A DNA stretch of 32,000 nucleotides, taken from assembly GCA_040754425.1 (NCBI GenBank), contig JBFMCR010000004.1:10898-42897 (forward strand), written 5' to 3'. The position numbers were made by a program, and so were the translations under genes. Shown here piece by piece: positions 1 through 9,493 of the stretch (position 1 is the first letter of the stretch; each line of letters begins with the position of its first letter). The stretch comes from Pseudomonadota bacterium. Lineage in GTDB: Bacteria > Pseudomonadota > Gammaproteobacteria > Burkholderiales > Thiobacillaceae. The notes beneath the pieces were generated by a model. That model was not told where the DNA came from, did not search any database, and worked only from the letters and a program-made list of their open reading frames with translations.

Positions 1-465
1 CATGGCGAAACCGTCTTCTATCTGGGCGTGCCGCTGCAGATCCGGGTGGCCCCCTGCCTGTTCCCGGACGTGCGCCGCAACGGCCGCACGCTCTGGGTGT
101 CCAGCCCCGACGAAGCCTCGGTGCCGGATCTGGTGCGCGCCTGGCTGCGCGAGCGCGCCGCACCCTTGCTCAGGCGAAGATTGATGATCCATGCGCTTAG
201 GCAGGGCGGCCGCATCCCGCAGTTCGGGCTGTCGGATGCGCGCACCCAGTGGGGCATCTGCCATCCGGACGGGCGCATCCGCCTGAACTGGCGCCTGGCC
301 CAGGCGCCGCTGTCCATCATCGACTACGTGGCAGCGCACGAGGTAGCGCATCTGGTACATGCCGACCACTCCGCCCGCTTCTGGCGCCAGGTCGAGCTTC
401 TCCATCCCGATGCGGATACGGCACGGGAATGGTTGAACCGCCATGGCCACAAACTCATGATTTAG
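1..465 (+). CDS. YgjP/DUF45-type (M48-like) zinc metallohydrolase, 5' end outside window
   Basis: Frame 1 is open from base 1 to TAG 463-465. C-terminal [16 protein letters not shown] (HExxH then H-S-x-x-F-W) is the YgjP-family signature. Confidence 0.7.
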   Translation, partial: HGETVFYLGVPLQIRVAPCLFPDVRRNGRTLWVSSPDEASVPDLVRAWLRERAAPLLRRRLMIHALRQGGRIPQFGLSDARTQWGICHPDGRIRLNWRLAQAPLSIIDYVAAHEVAHLVHADHSARFWRQVELLHPDADTAREWLNRHGHKLMI

Positions 466-475
466 GAATCGAGAG

Positions 476-886
476 ATGAGAATTTTGCATACCATGCTTC
501 GCGTCGGCGATCTGGAAAGATCGATCGACTTCTATACGAGAGTGCTCGGTATGAAACTGCTGCGCCGCAAGGACTATCCGGATGGCAGGTTCACCCTGGC
601 TTTCCTCGGCTATGACAGCGAGGACAAGAGCGCGGTAATCGAACTCACCTACAACTGGGGGGTGGACAGCTACGAGCTGGGCACGGGCTACGGCCATATC
701 GCGATCGAAGTCGACGACGCCTACAAGGCATGCGAGTCCGTCAGGGCCAACGGCGGCAAGGTGACGCGCGAGGCCGGGCCGATGAAGCACGGTTCCAGCG
801 TCATCGCCTTCGTGGAGGATCCGGACGGCTACAAGATCGAGTTCATCCAGAAAGGCACGGCCGGCTGGACCCGCGACGGCGACTAG
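476..886 (+). CDS. gloA: Lactoylglutathione lyase (glyoxalase I)
   Basis: 136-aa [33 protein letters not shown]...[11 protein letters not shown]...[16 protein letters not shown], a near-textbook GloA sequence. Confidence 0.93.
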   Translation: MRILHTMLRVGDLERSIDFYTRVLGMKLLRRKDYPDGRFTLAFLGYDSEDKSAVIELTYNWGVDSYELGTGYGHIAIEVDDAYKACESVRANGGKVTREAGPMKHGSSVIAFVEDPDGYKIEFIQKGTAGWTRDGD

Positions 887-1654
887 TCAGCGGCCGACGT
901 ACAGCGCCAGTTTCTCGAATTCGGCCACGCCCAGGTTTTCCGCGCGCAGGCCCGGATCGATGCCGCTCATCCGCAAAGCCTCCTCCCCGATCACCTTGCC
1001 CAGGGTGTTGCGCAGCGTTTTGCGCCGCTGTGAAAACGCCGCGGCGACGATTTGCGCAAAACGGTTTTCGTCGAGTGCGGGATAGCTTCCGGGCGCCTTG
1101 GGAATCAGGCGCACCACGGCGGAATCCACCCTGGGCGGCGGGTCGAAAGCTCCCGGCGGCACGTCGAACAGACACTCCATGTGCAAGCGCCGTTGCAGCA
1201 TCACCGACAATCGCCCGTAGGCGGGGGTGGAGGGCTCGGCCACCATGCGCTCGACGACCTCCTTTTGCAGCATGAAAGTCATGTCGGCAATGGAGCGGGC
1301 GTAGTCCATGAGGTGAAACAATAGCGGGCTGGAAATGTTGTAGGGCAGGTTGCCGCAAACCCTGATCGTCTTTCCGAGGCTGCCGAAATCGAATTTCAGC
1401 GCATCGCCTTCATGAATGCAGAGCCGTTCCTGCGGATATTCCTTTTTCAGGCGCGCGATGATGTCGCGGTCCAGCTCCACCACATAGAGATGCGGCACGC
1501 GTTCCAGCAGCGGCCGGGTCAGGGCGCCGAGACCGGGGCCGATTTCGACCAGCACCTCATCGGGCTTGGGATCGATGGCATCGATGATGGCGTGGATGAC
1601 GCCCTCGTCGACGAGGAAATGCTGGCCGAAGCGCCTGCGCGGAATGTGTTTCAT
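887..1654 (-). CDS. rsmA: 16S rRNA (adenine1518/1519-N6)-dimethyltransferase
   Basis: 255 aa with [10 protein letters not shown]-terminus, [14 protein letters not shown]-binding motif and GNLPYNISS catalytic motif. It lies downstream of pdxA, as in the conserved lptD-surA-pdxA-rsmA cluster. Confidence 0.93.
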   Translation of the reverse strand: MKHIPRRRFGQHFLVDEGVIHAIIDAIDPKPDEVLVEIGPGLGALTRPLLERVPHLYVVELDRDIIARLKKEYPQERLCIHEGDALKFDFGSLGKTIRVCGNLPYNISSPLLFHLMDYARSIADMTFMLQKEVVERMVAEPSTPAYGRLSVMLQRRLHMECLFDVPPGAFDPPPRVDSAVVRLIPKAPGSYPALDENRFAQIVAAAFSQRRKTLRNTLGKVIGEEALRMSGIDPGLRAENLGVAEFEKLALYVGR

Positions 1655-1665
1655 GATTTGAATTT

Positions 1666-1742
1666 GAACAGGGAGGACAGGAGTGCAGGAGCAAGGCGGC
1701 CAATGAGTTTCTCTTTTGCCCTCCTCCTGTCCTCTTTGTTCG
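1666..1742. repeat. Hairpin repeat, family A copy 1 (GGACAGGAG/CTCCTGTCC type)
   Basis: Left arm AACAGGGAGGACAGGAG (1667-1683) pairs with right arm CTCCTGTCCTCTTTGTT (1724-1740). 15/17 are Watson-Crick and the 2 mismatches are G:T. The element fills the rsmA-pdxA gap. Confidence 0.7.
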
Positions 1743-2738
1743 TCATGGTTTTATTCGTGATGTTGCGAGCTCGATGGCCAGCTCGATGGCGGCAAGCAGG
1801 CTGCCGGTTTCCGCCTGCCCTGTGCCGGCCAGTTCCAGCGCCGTGCCGTGGTCTACCGAAGTGCGGATGAAAGGCAGCCCCAGGGTGACGTTGATGCCCT
1901 CGCCGAAGCTCGCGTATTTCAGCACCGGCAGGCCCTGGTCGTGGTACATGGCCAGCACTGCGTCGGCCGGCTGTTTCCGGAGCTGCGCGAACAGGGTATC
2001 GGCGGGCAGCGGGCCGGACAGCTTCATCCCTTGCGCACGCAGCCTGGCGAGTACGGGATCGATCACATCGATTTCTTCCCGTCCGAGATGTCCCGATTCA
2101 CCGGCATGGGGGTTGAGCCCGCACACGGCGATGTGCGGGCTGGCGATGCCGAATTTTTCCACCAGCTCGCGATGCAGGATGCGCAACACCTGCTCGAGCG
2201 ATTCGCGGGTGATGGCGGCGGGGACGTCTTTCAAGGGCAGGTGCGTGGTGGCCAGCGCCACGCGCAGGCCGCCGCCGGTGAGCATCATCACCACCTTCTC
2301 CGTGCCCGATTTTTCCGCGAGGTATTCGGTGTGCCCGGTGAACGGGATGCCGGCCTCGTTGATGATGCCTTTGTGCACCGGCCCTGTGACCATGGCGGCA
2401 TAATCGCCGTTCATGCAGCCCAGCAGCGCGGCATCGAGCAGGGCGAGCACATGCGCGCCGTTGCGCGCGTCGAGCTTGCCTGCCGCAACAGGGGTTGCCA
2501 GCACAAACGACTGCACGGCAAGCTTGCCGGGTGTGTGTTCGGGCGTGGCGTCGGCGGCGCGAAGCTCGACGAATTGCACGGATAGCCCCAGTTGTTCTGC
2601 ACGGGCCGACAGCACATCGAAATTGCCGAGCACGCGCAGACGGCACGGCAGGGCCTGTGCCGCAAGCGCAAGGGCGAGGTCAGGGCCGATGCCGGCCGGT
2701 TCGCCGCAAGTGTAGGCAATGACGGGAAAATTGCTCAT
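1743..2738 (-). CDS. pdxA: 4-hydroxythreonine-4-phosphate dehydrogenase
   Basis: [20 protein letters not shown]..., [14 protein letters not shown] and SVDHGTA motifs typical of PdxA. ATG at 2738 is preferred over the upstream TTG at 2750. Confidence 0.9.
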   Translation of the reverse strand: MSNFPVIAYTCGEPAGIGPDLALALAAQALPCRLRVLGNFDVLSARAEQLGLSVQFVELRAADATPEHTPGKLAVQSFVLATPVAAGKLDARNGAHVLALLDAALLGCMNGDYAAMVTGPVHKGIINEAGIPFTGHTEYLAEKSGTEKVVMMLTGGGLRVALATTHLPLKDVPAAITRESLEQVLRILHRELVEKFGIASPHIAVCGLNPHAGESGHLGREEIDVIDPVLARLRAQGMKLSGPLPADTLFAQLRKQPADAVLAMYHDQGLPVLKYASFGEGINVTLGLPFIRTSVDHGTALELAGTGQAETGSLLAAIELAIELATSRIKP

Positions 2739-2757
2739 GACGGGAGGCAAAGAAAAC

Positions 2758-2820
2758 GTGAACAGGTAGGACAGGTGTAAGTCCTTAAGTCTGATTTCCT
2801 CTTGTCCTCTTTGTCTGATC
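2758..2820. repeat. Hairpin repeat, family A copy 2 (degenerate left arm)
   Basis: Right arm TTCCTCTTGTCCTCTTTGTC (about 2796-2815) matches the family A right-arm consensus. Left arm GAACAGGTAGGACAGGTGTAAG (2760-2781) pairs only partly. The element lies in the pdxA-surA gap. Confidence 0.55.
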
Positions 2821-2845
2821 TTTCAGGGATTTGATCAGGGGTTCC

Positions 2846-4144
2846 CTAATCCAGCGGACGCAGTTCGACATAGGCCTCGTCGCGCACCTGGCGCACCCAG
2901 TCCTCGAAGGCCTCGTCGGACTTGCGTTCGCGTATGGCCTGGCGCGCCAGCAGACGCTGCCTTTCGGCGGTGACGTCCTGCTGGCGCCGTTCGAGTACCT
3001 GGATCAGATGCCAGCCGAACGGCGTCTGCACGATGCCGCTCAACTGGCCAGGTTGCAGCGCATTCATCGCGCGCTCGAATTCGGGCACGGTGTCGCCGGG
3101 ATTGACCCAGCCAAGATCGCCGCCCTTGGCGGCATTGCCGGCATCTTCCGAGAACTGGCGTGCAAGGTCCTCGAATTTTTCGCCGCCCTGCTCGATGCGC
3201 TCGCGAATCTGATTCAGCCGATTGATGGCGTCGGATTCGGAAGTGATTTCGCTCGGTTTGATGAGGATGTGGCGTGCGTGCGTTTGCGTGATCACGGTGG
3301 TGACATCCTTGCCGCGCCTGTCATTGAGCCTGAGGATGTGGAAACCGTTCGGGCTCTTCAACAGCCCGCTGACCTCGCCGGGTTTGAGATTGCGCAGGCT
3401 GTCCAGAAACAGGGCCGGGATCTGCCCCGCGTTTCTCCATCCGAGGTTGCCGCCGTCCAGCGCGTTGGGCGCATCGGAATAAGTGGCGGATAGCTGGGCG
3501 AAGTCGCCGCCTCTGGCAAGCTCGTCGAGGATTTTCTGGGCGCGCTCGCGGCGCTCCTGTGTCTGCTCGGGCGAGGCGTTTTCCGGCACCGTAACCAGAA
3601 TATGCGAGATATTGAATTCCTCGTCCTGGCCCAGATTGGCCTGGGTCTGCAGGTAACTGTCGATTTCCGCATCGCTGATGCTAAGCTTGCTTTCGACCTG
3701 ACGTTCTCGTGCGCGGGCAATCAGCATTTCGTTGCTGAGGTTTTCGCGAAAGCGCTCATAGCTTACGCCGTCGCGCGCCAGGGCTTCCTTGAGGCCCTCG
3801 ACGGTGAGATTGTTCTGCTGGGCGATGCGTTGTATGGCGCGCTCGACCTGCATGGGCTCCAGCCGGATGCCGGCGCTCTTCGCATGCTGTAGCAGCGCGC
3901 GCTCGGTGACCATGCGTTCCAGCGTCTGCCTGAGCAGCAGGCTGCGGGGAGGCTGTTGAATGTTCTGCCGGCGCAGTTGCTGCACGACGACCTGGTAGCG
4001 CTGTTCGAGTTCGCCGCGCGTGATGACTTCGTCGTTGACGACTGCGGCAATCTGGTCGACGGGCTCGATCGGCGCCGCTGGCAGCATGGGCGCGTAACAG
4101 GCCAGAACGAGGCAGGCGAAGGTTTTATTCAGAAAGGAATTCAT
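2846..4144 (-). CDS. surA: Periplasmic chaperone / peptidyl-prolyl isomerase SurA
   Basis: 432 aa with a signal peptide (MNSFLNKTFACLVLACYAPMLPAAP). It has an N-terminal SurA domain and two parvulin domains (GFHILRL, GWHLIQV). Position between lptD and pdxA fits. Confidence 0.9.
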   Translation of the reverse strand: MNSFLNKTFACLVLACYAPMLPAAPIEPVDQIAAVVNDEVITRGELEQRYQVVVQQLRRQNIQQPPRSLLLRQTLERMVTERALLQHAKSAGIRLEPMQVERAIQRIAQQNNLTVEGLKEALARDGVSYERFRENLSNEMLIARARERQVESKLSISDAEIDSYLQTQANLGQDEEFNISHILVTVPENASPEQTQERRERAQKILDELARGGDFAQLSATYSDAPNALDGGNLGWRNAGQIPALFLDSLRNLKPGEVSGLLKSPNGFHILRLNDRRGKDVTTVITQTHARHILIKPSEITSESDAINRLNQIRERIEQGGEKFEDLARQFSEDAGNAAKGGDLGWVNPGDTVPEFERAMNALQPGQLSGIVQTPFGWHLIQVLERRQQDVTAERQRLLARQAIRERKSDEAFEDWVRQVRDEAYVELRPLD

Positions 4145-6365
4145 TGGTCGGGGCGTATCCGGGAATGCTTTGTCTTAGCGCGCTCATGGGGCTGGCGCCG
4201 AGGCGTCCCATGCCATTCAGTTCAAGTTGCAGGAAGAAGGCGTTGCTGACGTCGCTTTCTGCGGTGGCGATGCGTTGCACGACACCGCGCAGCACCCAGC
4301 AGCCGCCATTATATTCGAGTCCCGCCAGGCCTTCGACCAGGTTGTTGTCCCGGATCGAATAGTTGGCGCGCATCAGGCCGTAAAGACGGGATGTGATCGG
4401 CCACTGCATGGCAGTGTCGACCTGCTCCACCGAGCCGTCCAGAAAACGGTAGCCGATGCTGGCGGTTTGACCAAGAACAGGGCGGTAGCTGGTGGAGAGT
4501 GTGGTCTTGACAGTCTTGGCAAGGTCGGTGTCGAACTGCCAGCCGGCATCCATCGACCATGCCTTGCTGATCTGTCCGGAGACGAGTGCCAGCAGATCGG
4601 TGGAACTGCTGTCGCGCGGCGGTGTGCCCGGCATGGTGACTTGCTGGGTGGTGAAGTAATAGCGCTGCCCCAGTGCCAGCTTGAGCCTTTCCAGTTCGCT
4701 GCCGTCTTCGATGAAGCGGCTGGTCAGCGCCAGAGTCAGCTGGTTGGCGTCGTTGATGCGATCGCCGCCGATGAACTGGTTCTCGGTAAAAATCTGCGCA
4801 AAGCTGAGATCGAGCGGCGCGGTGTCGAACACCGGCAACATGCGCTGGTTGCGGTAGGGCGCGTACACATAGTAGGCACGCGGCTCCAGGGTCTGCTGGT
4901 AGCGGCCGCCGCGGAAACTGAAGTCGCGCTCGAACACGAGGCCGCCATCCAGGCTGGCAATGGGCAGCGAGCGGCTCGGGTCTTCGGACATGCCGGCAAG
5001 CGGCCGGTCGATGCTGTAGTGGGTGTAGTGATAGCCGACTTTTGGCGTGACGAAGAACGCACTGGTGCGATAGGGCAGTTTCAGACTGGGGTAGAGGGTG
5101 AAGCGGTCGCCGCCCTTGACCTGGGTAAGAGGGTTGGGGTTGGGATGCTGGAACACGCTGTATTCGCCCTCAATGCCGAACTGGAAGCGGGGGGACAGTT
5201 CGCGGTTGGCGTTCAGGGTAAATTGCGGCAGGCGGTAATACGGCGTCTGCAGGATGGGCTGGCCCGGATCCTGCAGGACTTGCAACTGTTGTACGCGCAG
5301 CCCGGCCTGCCACCAGTCGCCGTCATAGCTGAGCAGTCCGTCCTGCGGCAGGATCGAACGTGAAGTCACCTCGATCTGGTTGGAGAGGTCGCGGAAATAC
5401 TCGTTGTCCGACACGCGCTGGAAATTGATCTGTCCTTGCATGCGCGGGCCGATGTCCTGCTTGTGGTTGAGTGCGGCCAGCCAGCGTGTGCGTCCGTCGT
5501 TCTGGTCTTCGTGCAGGTATTCGAGTGCGGCGCTGCCCAGGTAGTCATGCATCAGGTAGCGGAATTCACCGCCGAGTTGCATACCGCGCCTGGCCAGAAC
5601 GCGCGGGTAGAGCGTGGCGTCATAGTTGGGCGCAAGGTTGAAGTAGTAGGGCAAGGTGATATCCAGACCGCTCTTGCCGGTCACGCCTAGGGTGGGGGCA
5701 AGGAAGCCCGACTTGCGCGCATCGTTCAGGGGGAAGTCCGCCCACGGCGAGTAGAGCAGCGGCACGTCCTTGAACTCGAGCAGGACATTGCGCGCCGTGC
5801 CGATCTGCTCGTCCTGATCGATATTGAGGTCGGCCACCTTGAGCTTCCAGTCCTCGTTGCCGAGCGCGCAGGTGGTGTAGGTGGCGTTTCTGGCGGCAAA
5901 CCTGTTTTCGCCCAGAAATTCCAGCTTCTCTGCCTCGCCGCGCGCGGCAAAACGCCGCGTCTCGTTCGGCAGAATGCGGTAGCGCGGGTCGGTCAGCAAA
6001 CCGGTGTGGCTGTCGAGTCGAAGTTTGAGCGTGTCGCCGGTGACGATCAGGTTTGCCTGCTCCAGGCGAATGTTTCCTCTGGCCTCGATTTCTTCCTTGC
6101 CGTGGTCGTAGCGCAGGGTATCGGCAAAGAAATTCTGTCCGGCCTTGCGCGCCTCGACATTGCCGCTGACTTCGATCACATTCGCGCCGACCGATTGCAT
6201 GCGTTCGCCGCTCAGGAACAACGGCCCCTCGCTGCCCGCCGCCTGCGAGCCGAGCAGTTCCGTGTCCCGTTTCAGGACGAGGGGCCGGTCTTCCGCCAGC
6301 GAGGCCCTGGCGAAAACCGCGAAAATGGAGAGCGCCAGCGTCAGCCGCGCCAAGGTCGGTGGCAA
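4125..6365 (-). CDS. lptD: LPS-assembly outer-membrane protein LptD
   Basis: 746 aa with a signal-like N-terminus (...LALSIFAVFARASLA), an OstA-like N-domain and a long Y/G/F-rich beta-barrel. The 3' end overlaps the surA start by 20 nt. Only TTG/CTG starts are available at the N-terminus (TTG 6363-6365), so the exact start is uncertain. Confidence 0.88.
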   Translation of the reverse strand: MPPTLARLTLALSIFAVFARASLAEDRPLVLKRDTELLGSQAAGSEGPLFLSGERMQSVGANVIEVSGNVEARKAGQNFFADTLRYDHGKEEIEARGNIRLEQANLIVTGDTLKLRLDSHTGLLTDPRYRILPNETRRFAARGEAEKLEFLGENRFAARNATYTTCALGNEDWKLKVADLNIDQDEQIGTARNVLLEFKDVPLLYSPWADFPLNDARKSGFLAPTLGVTGKSGLDITLPYYFNLAPNYDATLYPRVLARRGMQLGGEFRYLMHDYLGSAALEYLHEDQNDGRTRWLAALNHKQDIGPRMQGQINFQRVSDNEYFRDLSNQIEVTSRSILPQDGLLSYDGDWWQAGLRVQQLQVLQDPGQPILQTPYYRLPQFTLNANRELSPRFQFGIEGEYSVFQHPNPNPLTQVKGGDRFTLYPSLKLPYRTSAFFVTPKVGYHYTHYSIDRPLAGMSEDPSRSLPIASLDGGLVFERDFSFRGGRYQQTLEPRAYYVYAPYRNQRMLPVFDTAPLDLSFAQIFTENQFIGGDRINDANQLTLALTSRFIEDGSELERLKLALGQRYYFTTQQVTMPGTPPRDSSSTDLLALVSGQISKAWSMDAGWQFDTDLAKTVKTTLSTSYRPVLGQTASIGYRFLDGSVEQVDTAMQWPITSRLYGLMRANYSIRDNNLVEGLAGLEYNGGCWVLRGVVQRIATAESDVSNAFFLQLELNGMGRLGASPMSALRQSIPGYAPTNEFLSE

Positions 6366-6401
6366 GCTGTAAAATCCGGTTTTTTGTTCAAGTTGATCGG
6401 T

Positions 6402-7394
6402 ATGGAGCGTTTACAAGCCCTGCGTTCGTGGCTGGGCGAGCAGCTGGGAACGGAATCCTTCGACCTCGCTCCGGCATCGTCCGATGCGAGTTTCCGACGC
6501 TACTTCCGCGCCGCCTTCGGTGGCCGCCATTATATCGTCATGGACGCCCCCCCGGCGCACGAGGATTGCCGGCCGTTCATCCATGTCGCCGGGGTATTCG
6601 GCGAGGCGGGGGTGCATGTGCCGAAAGTGCTGGCGCAGGACCTCGATCAGGGTTTCTTGCTGCTGACCGACCTTGGTACCAGCACCTACCTGTCGGTGCT
6701 GAACGAGACCAAGGCCCACGAGCTTTACCTCGCCGCCAATGATGCCCTGGTGAAAATCCAGCTGGCGAGCCGGCCCGGGGTGTTGCCGCCTTATGACCGC
6801 GCCCTGCTTTCCCGCGAGCTCGAACTGTTTCCCGAGTGGTATGTCGTCAAACACCTGAATGCCGAACTGACTCCTTCGCAGCAGGAAACCCTGCACAGTG
6901 TGTTCGAGCGCGTGCTGGCCAACAACCTCGCCCAGCCCCGGGTCTTTGTGCACCGCGACTATCATTCGCGCAACCTCATGGTGTCCGACCCCAATCCCGG
7001 CGTGCTGGATTTTCAGGATGCAGTGTACGGCCCCATTACCTACGACCTGGCCTCGCTGTACAAGGATGCCTACATCCGCTGGGACGAGGAGCGGGTGCTG
7101 GACTGGACCATCCGCTACTGGGAAGCGGCACGCAAGGCGCGCCTGCCGGTGAGCCTCGATTTCTATGAGTTCTACCGCGACTTCGAGTGGATGGGCGTGC
7201 AGCGCCACATCAAGGTGCTGGGCATTTTCGCCCGCCTTTGCCATCGCGACGGCAAGGACGGCTATCTCAAGGACATGCCCCTGGTCATGGACTACCTGCG
7301 CAAGGGCTGCGAACGTTATCCCGAACTCGCGCCCATGGCGCGCCTGCTGGACGAACTGGAGAATCGTCAGGCTCAGGTAGGGTATACATTTTGA
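6402..7394 (+). CDS. amgK: Aminoglycoside-phosphotransferase-fold kinase, AmgK-like (anomeric MurNAc/GlcNAc kinase)
   Basis: MERLQALRSWL...SDASFRRYFR...HRDYHSRNLMV...DFQDAV (APH-fold catalytic loop). It is divergent from lptD and followed by a MurU-like gene, as at the Pseudomonas amgK-murU locus. ATG 6402 was chosen because the upstream part of ORF 6006-7394 overlaps lptD. Confidence 0.75.
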   Translation: MERLQALRSWLGEQLGTESFDLAPASSDASFRRYFRAAFGGRHYIVMDAPPAHEDCRPFIHVAGVFGEAGVHVPKVLAQDLDQGFLLLTDLGTSTYLSVLNETKAHELYLAANDALVKIQLASRPGVLPPYDRALLSRELELFPEWYVVKHLNAELTPSQQETLHSVFERVLANNLAQPRVFVHRDYHSRNLMVSDPNPGVLDFQDAVYGPITYDLASLYKDAYIRWDEERVLDWTIRYWEAARKARLPVSLDFYEFYRDFEWMGVQRHIKVLGIFARLCHRDGKDGYLKDMPLVMDYLRKGCERYPELAPMARLLDELENRQAQVGYTF

Positions 7395-7401
7395 AATTCA
7401 T

Positions 7402-7465
7402 TTCACAAGGAGGACAAGAGGACAGGAGTAAGTCATTCCTCTTGTCCTCATGTCCACTTTGTTCG
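7402..7465. repeat. Hairpin repeat, family A copy 3 (best-formed)
   Basis: ACAAGGAGGACAAGAGGACAGGAG (left) matches the reverse complement of CTCTTGTCCTCATGTCCACTTTGT (right) at 20/24 positions. The loop is about 4 nt. The element fills the amgK-murU gap. Confidence 0.75.
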
Positions 7466-7479
7466 ATTTTATGGCCATC

Positions 7480-8190
7480 ATGAAAACTGCGATGATTCTC
7501 GCAGCCGGCAAGGGCGAGCGCATGCGCCCGCTTACCGATCACACCCCCAAACCGCTTTTGCCCGTAGGCGGCAAGCCGCTCATCCTCTGGCATCTGGAAA
7601 AACTCGCCAAGGCGGGATTTGCGCGCATCGTCATCAATCACGCGCATCTGGGCGACCAGATCGAGGAAATCCTCGGCGACGGCGAAGCCTTCGGCGTCGA
7701 ACTGCGCTATTCGCGCGAAGGCGAGCCGCTGGAAACCGCCGGCGGCATCGCCACCGCGCTGCCGTTGATCGAAGGCGAAATCTTTCCGGTGGTGAACGCC
7801 GACGTGTTCTGCGATTACGACTTTGGCCGCTTTGCCGGCAGCATGGCGCGCATGCAAGGTGAAAACACCCTGGCGCATCTGGTGCTGGTGGACAACCCGC
7901 CGCATCATCCCCATGGCGATTTCGTGCTGGAAGTGGGTAAGCTGCGGGACGAGGCTTCATCCCTTACGCCTTGCGCCTTGCGCCTCACGTTTTCCGGCAT
8001 CGGCATCTACCGCCGCGAATTGTTTGTCGCGACCGAGCCCTGGAAAAAAGCTCCCCTGGCGCCGCTCCTCAGGCAGGCAATGCAAGAGGGGCGGGTGACC
8101 GGCGAGCATTTTTGCGGGCGCTGGATCGACGTCGGCACGCCGCAACGGCTTAAGGAACTCGACCGCGAAATCTGCAACCAAAACTGCTGA
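7480..8190 (+). CDS. murU: Nucleotidyltransferase, MurU-like (MurNAc-1-P uridylyltransferase)
   Basis: MKTAMILAAGKGERMRPLTDHTPKPLLPV (G-x-G-x-R sugar-nucleotidyltransferase motif) ...EGEPLETAGGI. The alternative start ATG 7450 lies inside the repeat arm, so 7480 is preferred. Confidence 0.75.
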   Translation: MKTAMILAAGKGERMRPLTDHTPKPLLPVGGKPLILWHLEKLAKAGFARIVINHAHLGDQIEEILGDGEAFGVELRYSREGEPLETAGGIATALPLIEGEIFPVVNADVFCDYDFGRFAGSMARMQGENTLAHLVLVDNPPHHPHGDFVLEVGKLRDEASSLTPCALRLTFSGIGIYRRELFVATEPWKKAPLAPLLRQAMQEGRVTGEHFCGRWIDVGTPQRLKELDREICNQNC

Positions 8191-8191
8191 T

Positions 8192-9493
8192 ATGGAAAAC
8201 ACCGTTTACCGCTGGCGCCGCAGCCGCGTCCTCGACCAGATGGGCGAGGGGGTGATGGTCATCGCCACCGCGCCCGAAGTGGCGCGCAACCGCGACACCC
8301 ATTACCCTTACCGCCACGACAGCTATTTCTACTGGCTCACAGGTTTCGGCGAGCCCGAGGCCGTGGTGGTGCTGGTCGGCGGCGACAAGCCGCGCCACAT
8401 CCTGTTTTGCCGCGAAAAGAACGAAGAGCGCGAAATCTGGGACGGCTTCCGCTACGGCCCGGAAGCGGCGCGCGAAGCCTTCGCCTTCGACGAGACCTTC
8501 GCCTGCGACGCGCTCGACGCCGAGCTGCCGAAGCTTTTGGAAAACCGGCCGCAGCTCGCCTACCTCATCGGCCGCGATCTCGCCTGGGACAACCGGGTCA
8601 TGGGCTGGCTCAACGCCGTGCGCGCCAAGGCGAGAAACGGCGTGCATGCGCCCAGCAGACTGGTGGATGCACGCATCTGGCTGGACGAGATGCGTCTTGT
8701 CAAGGATGCGCACGAACTGGCCCTGATGCGCCGCGCCGCCGAGATTTCCGCCGCCGCGCACATCGCCGCCATGCGCACGGCCCGCCCGGGCCTGCACGAA
8801 TACGAGATCGAGGCCGAACTCCTGTCGGTCTTCCGCCGCGGCGGCGCCGAGGCGCCGGCCTACACTCCCATCGTCGCCGGCGGGGCCAACGCCTGCGTGC
8901 TGCATTACGTCTTCAACGACAAGCCGCTCAGGGACGGCGACCTCTTGCTCATCGACGCGGCCGCCGAATACGGCAGCTATGCCGCCGACATCACCCGCAC
9001 CTTTCCGGTGAACGGCCGCTTCTCGACCGCGCAGAAGGACGCCTACGAGCTGGTGCTGGCAGCGCAGACGGCGGCAATCGACGCGGTGCGCCCCGGCAGC
9101 CGCTGGAACGATCCGCATGATGCCGCCGTGCGCGTGCTGGCCCAGGGCATGGTCGACCTTGGCCTGCTCAGGGGCGAGGTCGGCGGCCTCATCGAGTCGG
9201 AGGCCTACAAGCGCTTCTACATGCACCGCACCGGCCATTGGCTGGGCATGGACGTGCACGACGCCGGCGAATACAAGCTCGATGGCGAATGGCGTCCGCT
9301 TTTGCCCGGCATGACCTTCACGGTGGAACCCGGCCTCTACATCCGTCCGGCCGACGACGTGCCCGAAGCATTCTGGAACGTCGGCATCCGCATCGAAGAC
9401 GACGTACTGGTGACGGAGAACGGCTGCGAAGTGCTGACCAATCCGCCCAAGACCGTGGCGGAAATCGAAGCCTGCATGGCAGGCCGGGAATGA
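8192..9493 (+). CDS. pepP: Xaa-Pro aminopeptidase
   Basis: 433 aa with YPYRHDSYFYWLTGF, HRTGHWLGMDVHD, VEPGLYI and GIRIEDDVLVT, the M24B metal-ligand motifs. The pepP-ubiH-ubiI order matches E. coli. Confidence 0.92.
   Translation: MENTVYRWRRSRVLDQMGEGVMVIATAPEVARNRDTHYPYRHDSYFYWLTGFGEPEAVVVLVGGDKPRHILFCREKNEEREIWDGFRYGPEAAREAFAFDETFACDALDAELPKLLENRPQLAYLIGRDLAWDNRVMGWLNAVRAKARNGVHAPSRLVDARIWLDEMRLVKDAHELALMRRAAEISAAAHIAAMRTARPGLHEYEIEAELLSVFRRGGAEAPAYTPIVAGGANACVLHYVFNDKPLRDGDLLLIDAAAEYGSYAADITRTFPVNGRFSTAQKDAYELVLAAQTAAIDAVRPGSRWNDPHDAAVRVLAQGMVDLGLLRGEVGGLIESEAYKRFYMHRTGHWLGMDVHDAGEYKLDGEWRPLLPGMTFTVEPGLYIRPADDVPEAFWNVGIRIEDDVLVTENGCEVLTNPPKTVAEIEACMAGRE

Noticed and set aside
6006-6401. 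N-terminal 132-codon extension of the amgK-like ORF
   Set aside because: It overlaps the 5' part of lptD on the opposite strand. The recognisable kinase sequence begins at MERLQALRSW (ATG 6402).
7968-7988. Tandem heptamer GCCTTGC GCCTTGC GCCTCAC inside murU as another heptamer-repeat insertion
   Set aside because: There are only about 2.5 units, no inverted partner and no similarity to the E-family units. It lies in a region that is naturally variable among MurU-like proteins, so it is probably chance or minor slippage.
8150-9259. Long antisense or off-frame ORFs typical of high-GC DNA (also 4227-5363 +, 6411-7244 -, 9668-10870 -, 10723-11502 -, 13723-14796 +, 15878-16585 -, 17366-18595 -, 19126-20265 +, 20574-21968 -, 22041-23090 -, 24716-25240 -, 25250-25921 -, 27300-29279 -)
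   Set aside because: Each lies opposite or out of frame to a gene with unmistakable conserved motifs. The translations are Arg/Ala/Gly/His-rich low-complexity sequence without recognisable domains.
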